Shown here one piece after another: positions 36,812-49,690 of a stretch of DNA of 64,000 bases. A program made the translations under genes and the position numbers. The DNA is taken from contig CM075989.1 of assembly GCA_038087875.1 (NCBI GenBank), positions 8,124,001 through 8,188,000 of the forward strand, given 5' to 3'. Position 1 is the first letter of the stretch; each line of letters begins with the position of its first letter. The stretch is from Malacoraja senta (taxonomy: Eukaryota). Below the pieces are notes generated by a model. The model ran no database searches, was not told the DNA's origin, and was given only the letters and a program-made list of their open reading frames with translations.

Positions 36812-37389
36812 TAAGTAACAATGCAAATAGTATGTGGTGAAAGCAGGAATATGGCAGAGCCCCAATTGGATCAACTATTAACACTGAATAGCAGAGCAGG
36901 CCAAAGTACTGGTTGGTCTACCATGGTTTTTATATAAATTTAGAAGTATATTTGAAAAATATTTCATAAAGCTAATTTTTGCAGGGAAAGGACAAAATAA
37001 ATGTACATTTTAATCAAAAGTGACTGAACTCAAAAGCATATATAAAATTGCATTGCTCATAAGCGAAATGCATTTATCAATTTGAAGTATTTGCATCCTA
37101 CCCTACTGTGCATGGTGATTTACTAAAATGTGAAATCGGCTGAGCTGAGGGATACAGATCTAATGCTGCCAAATGGAATTAGTGTGGATGGACAAAATGG
37201 ATGCCAAGGATGGCTGAAGGGCCCATTTATGTATTGTACAAGTCATGAATCTTTGATGCAGTGGTGGAGGTGGAAACAAAATGGGAAGTTTAGAAATCAG
37301 GGCAATTTCAAAGACATTTTTAAACCTCGATGTAAACAGTAGTATATAATAGTGGATTAACAAACAGTGCTATGAAGTCCCTTTTTAGA

Positions 37390-40300
37390 AAACATTTTAT
37401 TGTATAATTCCAGTAAGCAAAGATACTCAGCACAGCAAAGATTAATCCAACCAATTTTTTTTATATAAACGTAGTATATGGTCACTTTATTTGAAAAATT
37501 ATGATTTTTGCCGTGTACAAAATAGCAATGCTGTACTACTGTGTGCACACGGTGCTTAACAAATGCAAATTGGTACAGCTCTACACTGTCCTCACCCAGT
37601 CAACAGGCAACAGTGTTTAGTAAACAAGTTATTGCATATTCAACATATGGTTCAAATCCACGTGTAAAAATACAAGTTAAAATCAAAAATACAGTGTGAA
37701 TGAAAATAGCAGCTTTCAGTGAAAGTCTTGCGCATTGTCTAGACAGGGTACATCAGCACAAAGTTACTATTCCACGCATCTATTTGCATATACCCACCTG
37801 CAGCTTAAATTCTAATGCATTCTATGACCAGAAAAATGTGTAATATTTCAACTTGATAAGAAATTGCTCAAGTTTTGAAAGGATTTTTTTTTAATGCTTT
37901 GGTATTCACATCACATGATCTGAAGAGAAGTTGAATTTGAATAAACAGAATCCCAGATTGTGAAGAAAATAGACACAGAACAATACATTTCTAATGTAAA
38001 ACCATTATCAAAATGCTTCGCCAAAAGGAACCAAGCCATGATAATTGTTGGCAGGTTGGGGACAAAGATAGAAAGAAAAATATAATGTTGCATTTGAAAA
38101 CCTTTCAGCAACAGAAAAGATTGGATAAAAAATACATGTGAAATATTTTGCATTCATAATTTAATCTCCATCTAATTGCCAAAATGTATACCTTTGATAT
38201 AGATACACTGTTTTGTCAGATCAAATATGCATCCATTTAAGATAAAATACACACCAGTGGACAATAATTTTGCAAATAAATAATCTTCGGTATGTTTTTC
38301 CTAAATAATTGGATCTAAGCAGTGAATATTATCATCAGGTCTTGTATTTTACGCCATTCCATACTTGGCACTAAGGTCAGAAAAGCAGGCATAGGCAAAA
38401 CAAAAGGGGAATGGGAGGGATGGGAAAATAGTTTTCCTTTCTCAAATCCATTATTAACTAGGCAGAACTTTGAATGTTGATTCACAGATTTGGATTAACT
38501 AATCATTACTAGGAAATGGGAATTATCAAATGTTGTAAATTTTATAATGTTGACTCCTTTGAGCTTAAAAATTGGTTTAACAAAATTTTAGGAAAGCTCA
38601 AAGATACAAATCACCTCAATGAGGAATCAAATGATCATGTCATCATTATAGCAAATGTTCTATACATCAATACAGATTATCAAAAATCAATTTGGTCCCA
38701 CATGTGGAAAACATATTGAAAGTTTATATTTAAAAAGTCATCAAGTAATATGTTTAGAACCAATGTGGTAAATATCTTTAGTTACATTTTCTCCTCACTC
38801 CCCAGTAACTATTTTAGATCAATTTGAGAAAGATGATAAATTTTTTAAAGTCCTGACTTTTGAACTAAGGATACACTCTGGCAACCAAAGTAGTTCTGAA
38901 AATATTGTACAAATGATTTCAGCATTCAAATCCATTTCTGGGCTGGTGATTTTATTGTTGAATGCACACTTTAAAAATACAGTAACAATATAGCTTAAAC
39001 CACCCCTTCTGTACCAAATTGCTTCATAGTCATTCAGTTTAGGATTTGAAATGAAAATCAAAATAGAAGAATTATGCAAATCCAAAATACAACTGTAATA
39101 AATTAGAGATACAAAAAAGGTCAATCAGCACCTACAAAAAGAATCAATTGCCACTTTAGGCCCATAATCATTCATTAAACAAATGAACGCAACACATTTA
39201 GTGCCAATAACCAACCTTCTTCACCACTTACTCTGGTGCATTTTATGTTTAAAACAAAGGAAATAATAAAAGAAATGAACTCATTTTTACTCCTTAAATC
39301 AACACACCAAAATACAAGATTCCCATAATATTTACAACTGTTATTGAGGCGTGAGAGAGAAGCAGTGCTCGAATTACAGGAACATGTTGCAATCAAACAT
39401 TTTTTCTTTAAAAAGCCAAACAATAACCAAAGTCAGACAGTCATTGTTATGATGTACCCTCACCCCAGGATGCTAAGCACCACACGGAAATCAGATACAA
39501 ATGGAAACAGGTCTGCTCATGAATGAAAAGGGGTGGGATAAAAATAGTGGCAAGGCTAAATAGGGTGAAAATGGCACCGTTTGGGGATCAGACCTATTCC
39601 ACTCGAAACCAAACCAATCCCTTACACTGTATTACAGAATCCACTATACATATATATTACTATATTTGTGCAGTTACATTTTAATCTTTTTTTTTTCTGT
39701 TGTGCTTTGCCATGTGCATCAAAAACTAAATGAGCAATAAGCTTCAAATTACTTTTTTAAAAACATACAATGGAAAAATATTCTGTGCTAGTTACAGGTG
39801 AACATTATGAATGAATTTCAAAGTTCGTGCTACTTCCTATTTCTTTTTAAGAACAGCCTCATCCCCAAACAGAAAATATGCCCGCAAACCACCTTAGGGG
39901 TTAATCACAATTTTCAACATTTCTTTACACAGAGAAATCAACAAATTAGTTGGATTCTTGAGATAGGGATTCAGAGTCCCTGAATGCAGGTGATCAGATT
40001 GCTGCCGCACCAGGAATACCAAATAGATGCTGACATTTTTTTTTAAATAAAATTATTTATTCTACTATTGAAAAGGTATGTGATTTAATATAATCAAGTG
40101 GTTGCAAAAACAAAATCAAGGTAGAAGAGACAACAAAAATAGTAATAGGCAGAAATGAAAGCAGCGCTGAAAAATCAGCAAGTGCCATTCACATGATAGT
40201 TTTGCCAGAAAAGGCAGAAGGTGAATCAGTATGTGGAGTTGAAAGTTCAGTTCATGATTGTGTCCCCCCAGAGAACGGCAACGTCAACCAAAACAATGTT

Positions 40301-40503
40301 TAGTCAGATATTGTTTCGCAACCATTTGATTTTTTTCTTCTTTAAAATAGAGTTACAGAGTGTTTGACTCTTAAAAGTGTGCCATTGAGAGGGTGGCAGG
40401 GATACAAATGTACTGTTTGTACACTTAGAAAAATGTTTAAATTAAGGAACCTCCTCACATATTATAATGATTGATTCACAAGATAATATTTTGGCTTTCA
40501 GCT
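37390..40503 (-). other. GLCE: Probable long GLCE 3' UTR
   Basis: About 3 kb of AT-rich sequence with no recognisable repeats immediately after the stop codon, unlike the repeat-dense flanks. Minus-strand AATAAA candidates near 40055, 38953, 37488 and 37398. The true end is unknown. Confidence 0.5.
39700..39707 (-). promoter_or_regulatory. Candidate miR-218 8mer site (AAGCACAA) in the GLCE 3' UTR
   Basis: Plus strand ttgtgctt reads AAGCACAA on the mRNA strand, complementary to the miR-218 seed UGUGCUU with a position-1 A. Confidence 0.5.
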
Positions 40504-41528
40504 CTAGTTGTGCTTAGCCCTCCCTCCTTTTAAATAGGACTTCCATCTTTTCACAAATTCCTTAAAGATAGGCGCATCGTCGACAGTGCTCAGCAGTTGC
40601 AGCTGGTTGATGTGGGTGGTGTGATAGTCCCAGCGTGCCAAGTTTGGAGCTGTACCAAGCATGAAATGGCGGAGATCATAGATTGTACCTGAGCCAGTGT
40701 CAAACAGTGGAAGCATGGCTTTCAAAGAGTCCATGCCCCGATCGTAGAGTTTCTTCGCTTCTTGTCCTACTTTATCACCTGCTGTTTCTTTCAGATCATA
40801 TAGACCTAGTAGAGAGTATATGAAGCCATTCAGAACAAAAGAGCTGGGAACAGTTGGGTATTCTTCATACCAATCGTATTTATTCATGAACACAGCTTTT
40901 ACCCCATGATCCTCTGACTTGAGCGTAAAGGGCATGACTGCCCGTAAGGCTGAATTGAGGTACACCTGTTCCCTTGTAAGCAGGTAGGCTCTTACAAGTG
41001 TAGACATAGCTTGACCTTGGGCCATGGCCGAATACCAGCCAGGCTCCAAAGACTTAAATCCCTCGCCTAGTTTGCGAGTCACCATAATTGGCCAGCCACC
41101 TTTATCGTCCTGATTTCTTACCAGCCAGTCACTAGCAGCAAAGAAGGCAGGCATGTGTGCCGTAGTCACTATCGTGATGTTGTCAATAAAACCTTTTCCC
41201 TTGGCAACAAGCCTTACGACTTTCTTGGGCATTATTTTGGTTTGTTTTACAGCCTTAGTGTTGGACAAGCCAACTCCTTTCTTCAGGTCAGTCACAAGAT
41301 CCCTCGTGATAGTACTCCAGCTAGTCCGAGGACCTATGCCATAGTAAATGGCTTTGTCCCTGAAGGCTATAAGTTGTGAATTTGTGACATAGTGAATTGT
41401 AAACAGCTGGTTCTTTTCAGTCGTCTCCAGTACCACTGAAACACTACCATTTGTGGAGAATTTAATCTCAAATGAAATGATGAAATCTTTTGTATTTCCA
41501 AGCATCAGAGAAACTCCTTCTGAAGATT
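40504..41528 (-). CDS. GLCE: D-glucuronyl C5-epimerase, last coding exon (catalytic domain)
   Basis: 1025 nt, acceptor cctttcAG (41530-41529). Encodes (E)[15 protein letters not shown]...[10 protein letters not shown]...WYEEYP...[11 protein letters not shown]...TIYDLRH...[10 protein letters not shown]...GGRAKHN, stop TAG at 40506-40504. Sum 613+246+1025=1884 nt = 627 aa plus stop. Confidence 0.97.
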
Positions 41529-42395
41529 CTGAAAGGATAAAGTTTCAAGGTGAAACATTTGTACAATACTTCAGTTTTATAAACAGGTAAATTTAGATTA
41601 GTGATGCATATTAATACCACCAGTCTACTTAGTCACTCCTGCCTCCACAAAGCTATCGCAATAATTATGCTACATTTTACACCAACAATTTAAATAGATA
41701 AATTATTGCACATTACAGACGTTGGAACATGTGGCAGGCTTAATTTTATCCCCCAAATGGTTTTACAAGACTTTCTCGAATTAACTGCACAATTCTGCAA
41801 AACCTTCAAGTTTAAAATCATTTCCACCTTTAAATATCTAGGCATTTTCATTACGAGATGGAAACTGCAAACATTGAACCGTCAAAATCTTTCAAAGTGA
41901 CTCCCCACATTATTAACGCTGATATCACTTTTATGATTTAGCCCTGTGGAAATAAAATTCAATGCAACCTTGCAGCAGATTCTAATTCCATCCTTAGTGC
42001 TGAAATAATTGCTTTTTTTTTTTTTGCACTGAAGTTAAAAAAAATGTAAAAACATTTTTTTGGCTCAGAAATTGATATTGACCATCTAGAGGAATATCTT
42101 GACTTTTCATCTTTATTAATGTCAATGTACAAAGATTTCAAATATCAAAAATAATGGATTTACAAATCTGTTGGTTTGCCCAAGGCTCTCAGGGTCTAGA
42201 AATTGCCACTAATGTGAGAATCTAGAATACATTACACCTTATAACTATGTCCTCTTTCTTACACACAATGTCTTCACTTGGGTTCTTCACAATTCTGCAA
42301 AGATCTAGAGCTTTAGCGCTAACAATTACTTCAATGCTTTTCCTAAATAGAGGGCACATTCAATTTAACAAATATTATGCAGCAAGGTAAAATAC

Positions 42396-42641
42396 CTGGG
42401 GTGGAGAACTGGTTTACATTGCTGGATCTTGTTTTGTCAAAGACTGTAGAAACAGTACAACCTTTGGGCACCATCCAGTCATTTTGCTTTGTGCTTTTGT
42501 CTCTTTTCTCCACGACTTCATATACTTCGGCATGTGGAGGCTTTTCAGTGAGGTTTTTACTGTAATGACTTAGCCCATATTGTGCTATCTGAATAGGGTA
42601 GAAATAACCTTGCGGTCCCCACTGTGTGGACAACGGAACAC
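42396..42641 (-). CDS. GLCE: D-glucuronyl C5-epimerase, second coding exon
   Basis: 246 nt, acceptor cctatAG (42643-42642), donor GTatt (42395-42394). Encodes (G)[36 protein letters not shown]...QFSTP. Phase 1 at both ends. Confidence 0.96.
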
Positions 42642-43486
42642 CTATAGGAGAGGAAAGAATGATTAGGTTTAGTACTGAGAACATGAAGGATATTAAACAA
42701 CATTAAAATAGTTAAGTCAAAAGGATGTAAATCAATTCTACATGAAGTTTTTCAACACACTTTGTTTACTCAAAAATCCCCCAAAAATTTAAGAGCCTAA
42801 TAAAATGCAAGTTCACCATTATTGGTGTCAATTAGGCATTGAGCAAGTTAACATCGTTTTTTTGTGACCCATTTTAGGATTTAAGTACTTTTAGACAGCA
42901 ATATCACCAGGCCATCCATAATGATAAGCATCTTCAACAAACTCAGCCTCTATATTTATTTCTTATTCCCAGAGCTGAAAAATATGAGACCCACAATCCA
43001 AATTTTCTACTAGCATAGCAAAAATAATAGCTTATTACAGCAGATGCAAATATATCAACCCAAGATGCTAAACTATTACTACCATTTTTCTCCTAAATTT
43101 AGTTTTGACAAAATGATCAGTGCCATTTAAATGCAGTTAATGTGCATTTGGTTTACAGGCAAACTGTGGAATCATATGTATAATTTAATCCATATTTGAC
43201 CAATGTGATCAAAGAACATTAATACCATAACTTGAATGAAAACTGTGTCAATGTGATCTTCTTCAAGAATTAAGATTATAAATGGAACATAACTTCCTTG
43301 GTTTCAGTACATTACAATTAACTTTAAGTTGCACTTTCAGAATAAATAATTGGAGATTCAGAAAAAGAAATTAGTACAACATAGTAAAAGACTGGATTTT
43401 TGTAAATATTTTCAGATATCCCAACATATTTCAAAGACAAAGACTGCTGCAATGATAAAACAAAGTATCCCCCCCCCCCCCCCCCC

Positions 43487-43610
43487 AAGGGTCTCGACCC
43501 GAAACATCACCCATTCCTTCTCTCCAGAGATGCTGCCTGTCCCGCTGAGTTACTCCAGCATTTTGTGTCTACCTCCATTTTAAACCAGCATCTGCAGTTC
43601 TTTCCAACAT
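43487..43610 (+). mobile_element. Penelope-like terminal fragment preceded by poly(C)
   Basis: aagggtctcgacccgaaacatcacccattccttctctccagagatgctgcc...accagcatctgcagttctttcc. Confidence 0.8.
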
Positions 43611-46172
43611 ATGGTATCCTGCCCCACCTCTAAGTAATGGCTAGGCCAAGTATTTGTTTCAAGGCACACAAAACCATGTGGGCAAAACAAGATGGTAGAT
43701 TGCCCTCAAGACTGAGTTGAATAAACCATGTCAGCAGCGATGATTAAATATCCTTCTAACCCAGTGAGCTTAAATTCCAACATTATCAATCAATGTCATA
43801 TTTGGTTTTTATTTATTTTTTAATGCGAACGCTAATGAACTTCTACTTGTGTTTTGTTACTGAACAAAGACATACTATTGTTTTATTGACACCTTCCTGG
43901 GTCAATTGGATTAAGTTGGTAATTATTTACACAAAAAACAAGGATCGCAATGGACAGTGACAAATTATAAAAGGCGGAACTAATATGGGTTACTAATACA
44001 TTTTATACGGAATATTAAAAGTTGCTTTAGTTATCTGGATACCTTAAAGAAATTTCATGACAGCATTAGAAGTGAATTCAATGGAACAGAATGCTGAATG
44101 TTTATAAAGGGGTAGGTGTAATGAGCAAAAGTAATGACTGCGGCAGATAAACGTTACAGCTATATTCTAAACAAATCGTTTGGCTGGTGGCTCAAACTAT
44201 GTGCATCTATCACGAAGGCATTTCTATAAAGTTGTCCAAAGTCCTTCCTCGATTCAAAAACACACAAATCCTGCATACTCTCCAAACTAATATTTCCAAA
44301 CAATTGTAATGTGCACAGCTTTGCATTCCGTTTTCATTTGGTACGGAGCAATCTATAGTTTTAAAGAATACTACAGGAACCGATCTACAATAACAAAAGA
44401 CAAGATTCTATTAAAGAGGGGAATTTCATTTGCTTTATCATTTAGAAAAGGCAAGATCTTTACCCATTACTTCCTGACAAATGGAATAATTTTCAATTAG
44501 TAAAGGAAATCTATAAAATACGTTCTATATCAGCCACTGTATCACGGCACTAGACAGAATCCAAAGAAGTACAGTCCATAGTAACTACTTGTACAAAGGT
44601 GATGCTGGACACTTCAGTTTAACAGCAAGAAGGTATTGAAAGAAGCAATTACATTTATCTAACACTGAAACAAAATAAGTTACTGAAATCATCAATATCT
44701 GGAAAGCTACTTTGAAGTTATTTGATGATGGAAAATAGGTTAAAATTAATTTAATAATTTCATTATACATGAAGCTATTTTGATCATGTTCAAGACTTTA
44801 AATCAAATTCAATCAAACTATATGCAAGGTCAAATTCTAAGGCAGATGTGGACAATCCAGTTAAAATAGGAAAAATAATTGGGTTTTGATGTCTCAGAAC
44901 CTCTAACAGATTACCTAAAATGCTCATTAAACCTTTCAGAAAGGAATCCAAAGTACAAAAGCCCTATAATTATAAAATAGTAATATTCCAATACCCAGAA
45001 AGGCTGAATTCCATTACAGAATATATCTGAGATATGCTATTTCATTATAATACAAATTAATTTGGACAGGATTCTTGCTGGAGTCTCAATGCCCATTTGA
45101 TTGTTTCTTTACCAGAAAGAATTTCCTCTCATGTGCTCTCATGGCCCACAAATTAAGTACCACAGAATAACTGCAACATACAAGACGCTATTCAACCCGT
45201 TGAGCTAGTGCCAGCTTTCTATATGGGAATCAATTATAGTCCTGTTCCATGGTTCTTTTGCCATAACTCTGCATTCCCCTCCCTTGTATTCTCCTTCTCT
45301 CCCCCCCCCCCCCCCACCCCACTTCAAATATTTAAACAATTTATTTTCCAAAGCCATGATTGAATGCTCTTCTGCTGAATATTTGGGCAGTGATATTCCA
45401 TATTTTAACAACTCCTGACATGGAACAATCTAACAATTTTTGCATTTCCTTGGCCAATCTTAAACCCTTACCTTTCTTCTAAAATGATTTAATTACATAA
45501 TCTCTTTGGGTATTTTAGTCAAGTGCAGAGATATCATTTTAGATAAGCACACTAAAGGCATTACATAAATCAAAGTTCTGCTGTTTTTAATTGAAGGTTT
45601 AATATTAGAGACAATAGTGATTGCATTTTTAGTTTCACAAATCTCAATGAAATTGCACATATTCTCTCGTCAGCAATGAGAATACATCCAATATGCAATA
45701 AAACTTAACCGTTGCAAATTTGCCTTCCTTACTAAGGCTATGATTCATTCTTCTCCAATAAAATAAGTTATGTTAATATGATGTGGAACACTACATAATT
45801 TTTACAATTAAGATTGTTATCTACATTTGAATGAATAATGAATATAGACACCCTTCAATTTGTTCTAGCTTCAATTCAAGAGCACTTAAGCCAATGCTTA
45901 GTTTTCTTAAGCAGACAGTTGATTTGTTTGGGAGTCAAAATTCGATTTAGACTTGTAAAATCAAGAATGTACCATGGTGACTTTGGGATAAAATGCTGGG
46001 TTCCATCTCTCAGCTTTCTTGGTTGGTTGGATCTCAATAAAACAAACATGAGCCATTTAGTCCTCAAACAGTGAGATAGCAAAGTGAACCTCAGTTTTTC
46101 AAATACTGTTGACTTGTGGAGTGAGTTCAACCCACAAGGACCAAAATGGAATTTAAATGTAGTACATGAATA

Positions 46173-46231
46173 AGAAATTATAACCAAATGGATAACCAAA
46201 TTAGAAATTATAACCAAATGGATAACCAAAT
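46173..46231. repeat. Tandem duplication, 30-bp unit x2
   Basis: agaaattataaccaaatggataaccaaat occurs twice with period 30. Confidence 0.9.
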
Positions 46232-46969
46232 CATACAGAAAAGCTGCAGAGTTGAAAAGTCTACTTGCAGACAAGCAGAAAAGTCCAAAGAAATTTCTCA
46301 GACTTCAAGCGGCATACAACTTAAATATTCTGGGTCATTCACCAGATACCTAATACTGATAATAATAAGACTAGTAGTGAAAAAGTTGTTTTAAATTTAT
46401 TTTAAAGCTGACATTCACTTAAAATACCACTCAGAATTTATTTTTCATTCATTCTCCTTTCAGATAACATGCGTGGCTGTCAAAAGGAAATGAGTTGCTG
46501 GAGTGATGGTGAGAAAGAGGGGAGTGAAAACAATTAGAAGTTTTATTTTTCAATAAAATGTAATTTATAATGGAAAATGACTGGAGTTCAGGGATTTGGG
46601 GTTAGTTGCTGCCTGGGTTGCAACTCTTATTGGCACATGGAAGTGCTTGAACACACCTTGAAGCAATAGGAGCTTGCTTTTGTTATAAATACAATTAATT
46701 CATGGTGCATGGCCAGCACTTTTTGCCCATTCCTAATTGCTCTTCAGACAGTGAGGGGTGAATTGCCTTCTTGAACTGCTGTTTTTCAGGTGGAGATGCT
46801 TCTTTTAGGTTTCCAGAATTCAGACCTCGTGACAATAAAAGAGGAAGATATACTTCTACAGCTGAATAAAATGCAATTTGGGGAAGAACTTGCAGGTGGT
46901 GGGATCCCATGATCTCGCTGTTCTGATGCTATGTCACAGATTTGGGAGGTAGAGGCAGTAATGACAAAG

Positions 46970-47790
46970 TTCATAAATTCTAGGAGCAGAATTAGGCTAT
47001 TCGGCCCATAAAGTCTACTCCACCATTCAATCATGCCTGATCTATCTTTCCCTCTCAACCCCATTCTCCTCAGAACACCTGACACCTTTACATAGATACA
47101 TAGACAATAGGTGGAGGCCATTCGGCCCTTCTAGCCAGCCCCGCCAGTCAAACTGATCATCCACAATCAGTACCCCATTCCTGTCTTCTCTCCATATCCC
47201 TTGATTTCGCTAGCCCTAAGAGCTCTATCTAACTCTTTTGAATGCATCCAGTGAATCGCCCTCCACTTCCTTCAGAGGCAGAAAATTCCACAAATTCACA
47301 GCCCTCCGGGTGAAAAAGATTTTCCTCATCTCAGTTCTAAATGGCCTACCCCTTATTCTTAAACTGTGGCCCCTGGTTCTGGACACCCCCATCATCGGGA
47401 ACATGTTTCCTGCAACTAGTGCAGGGGTTCCCAATCTTTATTGTCCCGTTTACCGCTGGCAACTTTAATAGCGCATAACAATGTTATTTCACTTATTTAT
47501 GAACAACTAATGATGAATAGATACGGGTATACCAGAACCAAACACAGTCAGTCAATAAGAAAAAATGTACAAATCCAGAATCAATAAATATACCCCCCTG
47601 TGTAGATGAAATTTACCCCCTGGGGGTAAATTTACCCCAGGTTGGGAACCCTTGATCTAGCGTGTTCAATCCCTTAATAATTTTGTATGTTTCTATAAGA
47701 TTCCCTCTTCCTTCTAAATTCCAGTGAATACTTTACTTGCTTTGCTAATCAAGAATCTGTCAATCTCCACCGTAAAAATATCCATTGACT
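46970..47790 (-). mobile_element. Nested CR1-like fragments (a younger CR1 ~47095-47730 inside another CR1 3' end)
   Basis: The outer copy stops at ...cctgacaccttta (~47090) and resumes at ctaatcaagaatctgtcaatctcc (~47745). The inner copy encodes GNMFPMMGVSRTRGHSLRIRGRPF. Confidence 0.75.
47422..47654. mobile_element. hAT (Charlie-like) MITE, 233 bp
   Basis: TIRs CAGGGGTTCCCAA / TTGGGAACCCTTG. 8-bp TSD AACTAGTG (47414-47421) vs ATCTAGCG (47655-47662), 6/8 identical. Internal palindrome aatttaccccctgggggtaaatt. Confidence 0.85.
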
Positions 47791-49464
47791 TGGCCAATTA
47801 TGACAAAGCATTTATTCTAATTTCACCAGACCAAGAAAAGATCAAATGCAGAAAAGATGGCAGGTGAACACAAGTTATATTGAAAATTTTGATAAGGTTA
47901 GGATCAAAGGACTGGAAAGGAGTTTCACTATCAGGTCAAAACCAGAGATGTGCAGCAACCATCTGGATTTCAACCTAAACAAGACTAATGCTAGCAAAGC
48001 AGCAGGGCAGTTTGAGTGCAAATGGCATCCAAGGACATTCTGACTAGGAAAAAAATGCATAAAGGCTACTTCTTCCTGTGTGATCCTAATTTGCAGCTTC
48101 AATATTAATTAACCTATCATGAACTTTGGTTGCTGAAAATATCAAAACTAAAGTCTGGAATGCTTAAGAGTAAATAACACATAATTTCAGTGGGGAAATG
48201 GGCATCACGATCTCCAATCAATTCCCAAAACACCAATGTAGTATCAAGCAGTGAAAAAAAACTTGATTTTTTAATTTGCTATAAAAGCAGTGACCTTCAT
48301 AATACTTTGGACATTACAAGGAATAACCCATTTATAAATCCAGTTACTTTCCAATTCATTATTATCAACTGGTCTATATTAAAAAAATGTCTTGTGAATA
48401 GAAATACTATATTCAAAATGGGTTTATAACACAAAATGTGTTAAGCTCATTAGATCATTTCACAGATATCAATGCAGACAAATATCAATGCAAATAAAGT
48501 AACCATTGTCAAGATTTAACCTGTTTACTTTAGAATTCAGGTTGAGGTCCTCCAAAAATTTAGAGAATTCATGGCATTTTGAAACATCCGAAAGTATAGT
48601 ACGAAGTATGTTGGAATCAATTCATCTGTTGGAGTGTTTTATCCCATTGCTAAACTTTGCCATTCAGCATAAAATTGTGTTGTAAAATGGTTGAACTTTC
48701 AAATTACTGGAATCCATCCCTATTTATCTACTAGACAGCTCAAGCTAAGTACTCAGAGCAGCGAAAAGAATAAATGGAACTCTGTTTGTGATCAAAGCAG
48801 TCATTTATCTTCAAATGGGAGAAGCACACAGCACTATTTCAATGCACAACTGCACAAATGAAACTGTACATCATCCAGCTTGGCACTAAGGAGTACTTTC
48901 AAAAGTCTCCAGACATTTGGCACTTGCTTGGTTAACCGTGCAGCGTTGGAGAAATAAATAGCAGCATGCGAGGATAACCCTCAACAGTGCATTATATTAT
49001 AAATAATATTACTCCATTTTTATCTGTTGTTTTCCAGGAGAATATTGAGGGAGATGGAAGTATTTTTTTCCAGAGCACTAATTCAATTTGTATTTAGAGA
49101 CAATATTTTAATCTGAGGTACATACCTCAGAGAGCACCTGCCAAAACTTCCTTAAAATATTCAGTGTTAGTCTTTAGAATTCCAATGTAAGATCACAAAC
49201 ATCATAACCGAAAGAAGATTTGTGCCAATTGAGCCAAGCTGACATCTGGTTACATACAGGATGGTTTAAAATCTATAGGTTGTAAATAGACAAGACCACT
49301 AGAGAGTACAAACATAAGTGAATTTGGAAAACAAAAAAGACAACATACATCATTTAGGATTTTAAAAGGTTACAATGCAGTGTAAATGATAATGTTAACT
49401 ACACTAATCATGTTCAACCATTACCGAAAGAAAATCAGCATTAGATTGCATTGGTCTTATTTGA

Positions 49465-49690
49465 CAATACGTGCAGGAGTAGACCATTCGGCCCTTCGAG
49501 CCAGCACCGCCATTCAATGAGATCATGGCTGATCATCCCCAAGCAGTAACCTGTTCCTGCCTTCTCCCCATATCCCCCAACTCCACTATCTTTAAGAGCC
49601 CTATCTAGCTCTGTTGAAAGTATCCAGAGAACCAGCCTCCACCGCCCTCCGAGGCAGAGAATTCCATTGACTCACAACTGTGTGAAAAAC
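49465..49690 (-). mobile_element. CR1-like 3' fragment
   Basis: Reverse complement of the 25170-25400 type sequence (gtgcaggagtagaccattcggccc...gaattcca..gactcacaact). Confidence 0.85.

Larger units (their letters stand above)
34540..36930 (+). mobile_element. Old, heavily decayed CR1-like LINE hosting two younger insertions
   Basis: acaaatccccaggacatgatggcttatatcccaagg (KSPGxDGxxP-like, ~35185), tctgccaatgatacaaaaggtagatgg (FADDTK-like, ~35535), and a 3' tail remnant at ~36830-36925. Confidence 0.55.

Noticed and set aside
46173..46231. CRISPR-like or regulatory repeat array (also 51155-51212 and 1271-1330)
   Set aside because: Only two adjacent units with no spacer series, in a vertebrate context; simple local duplications.
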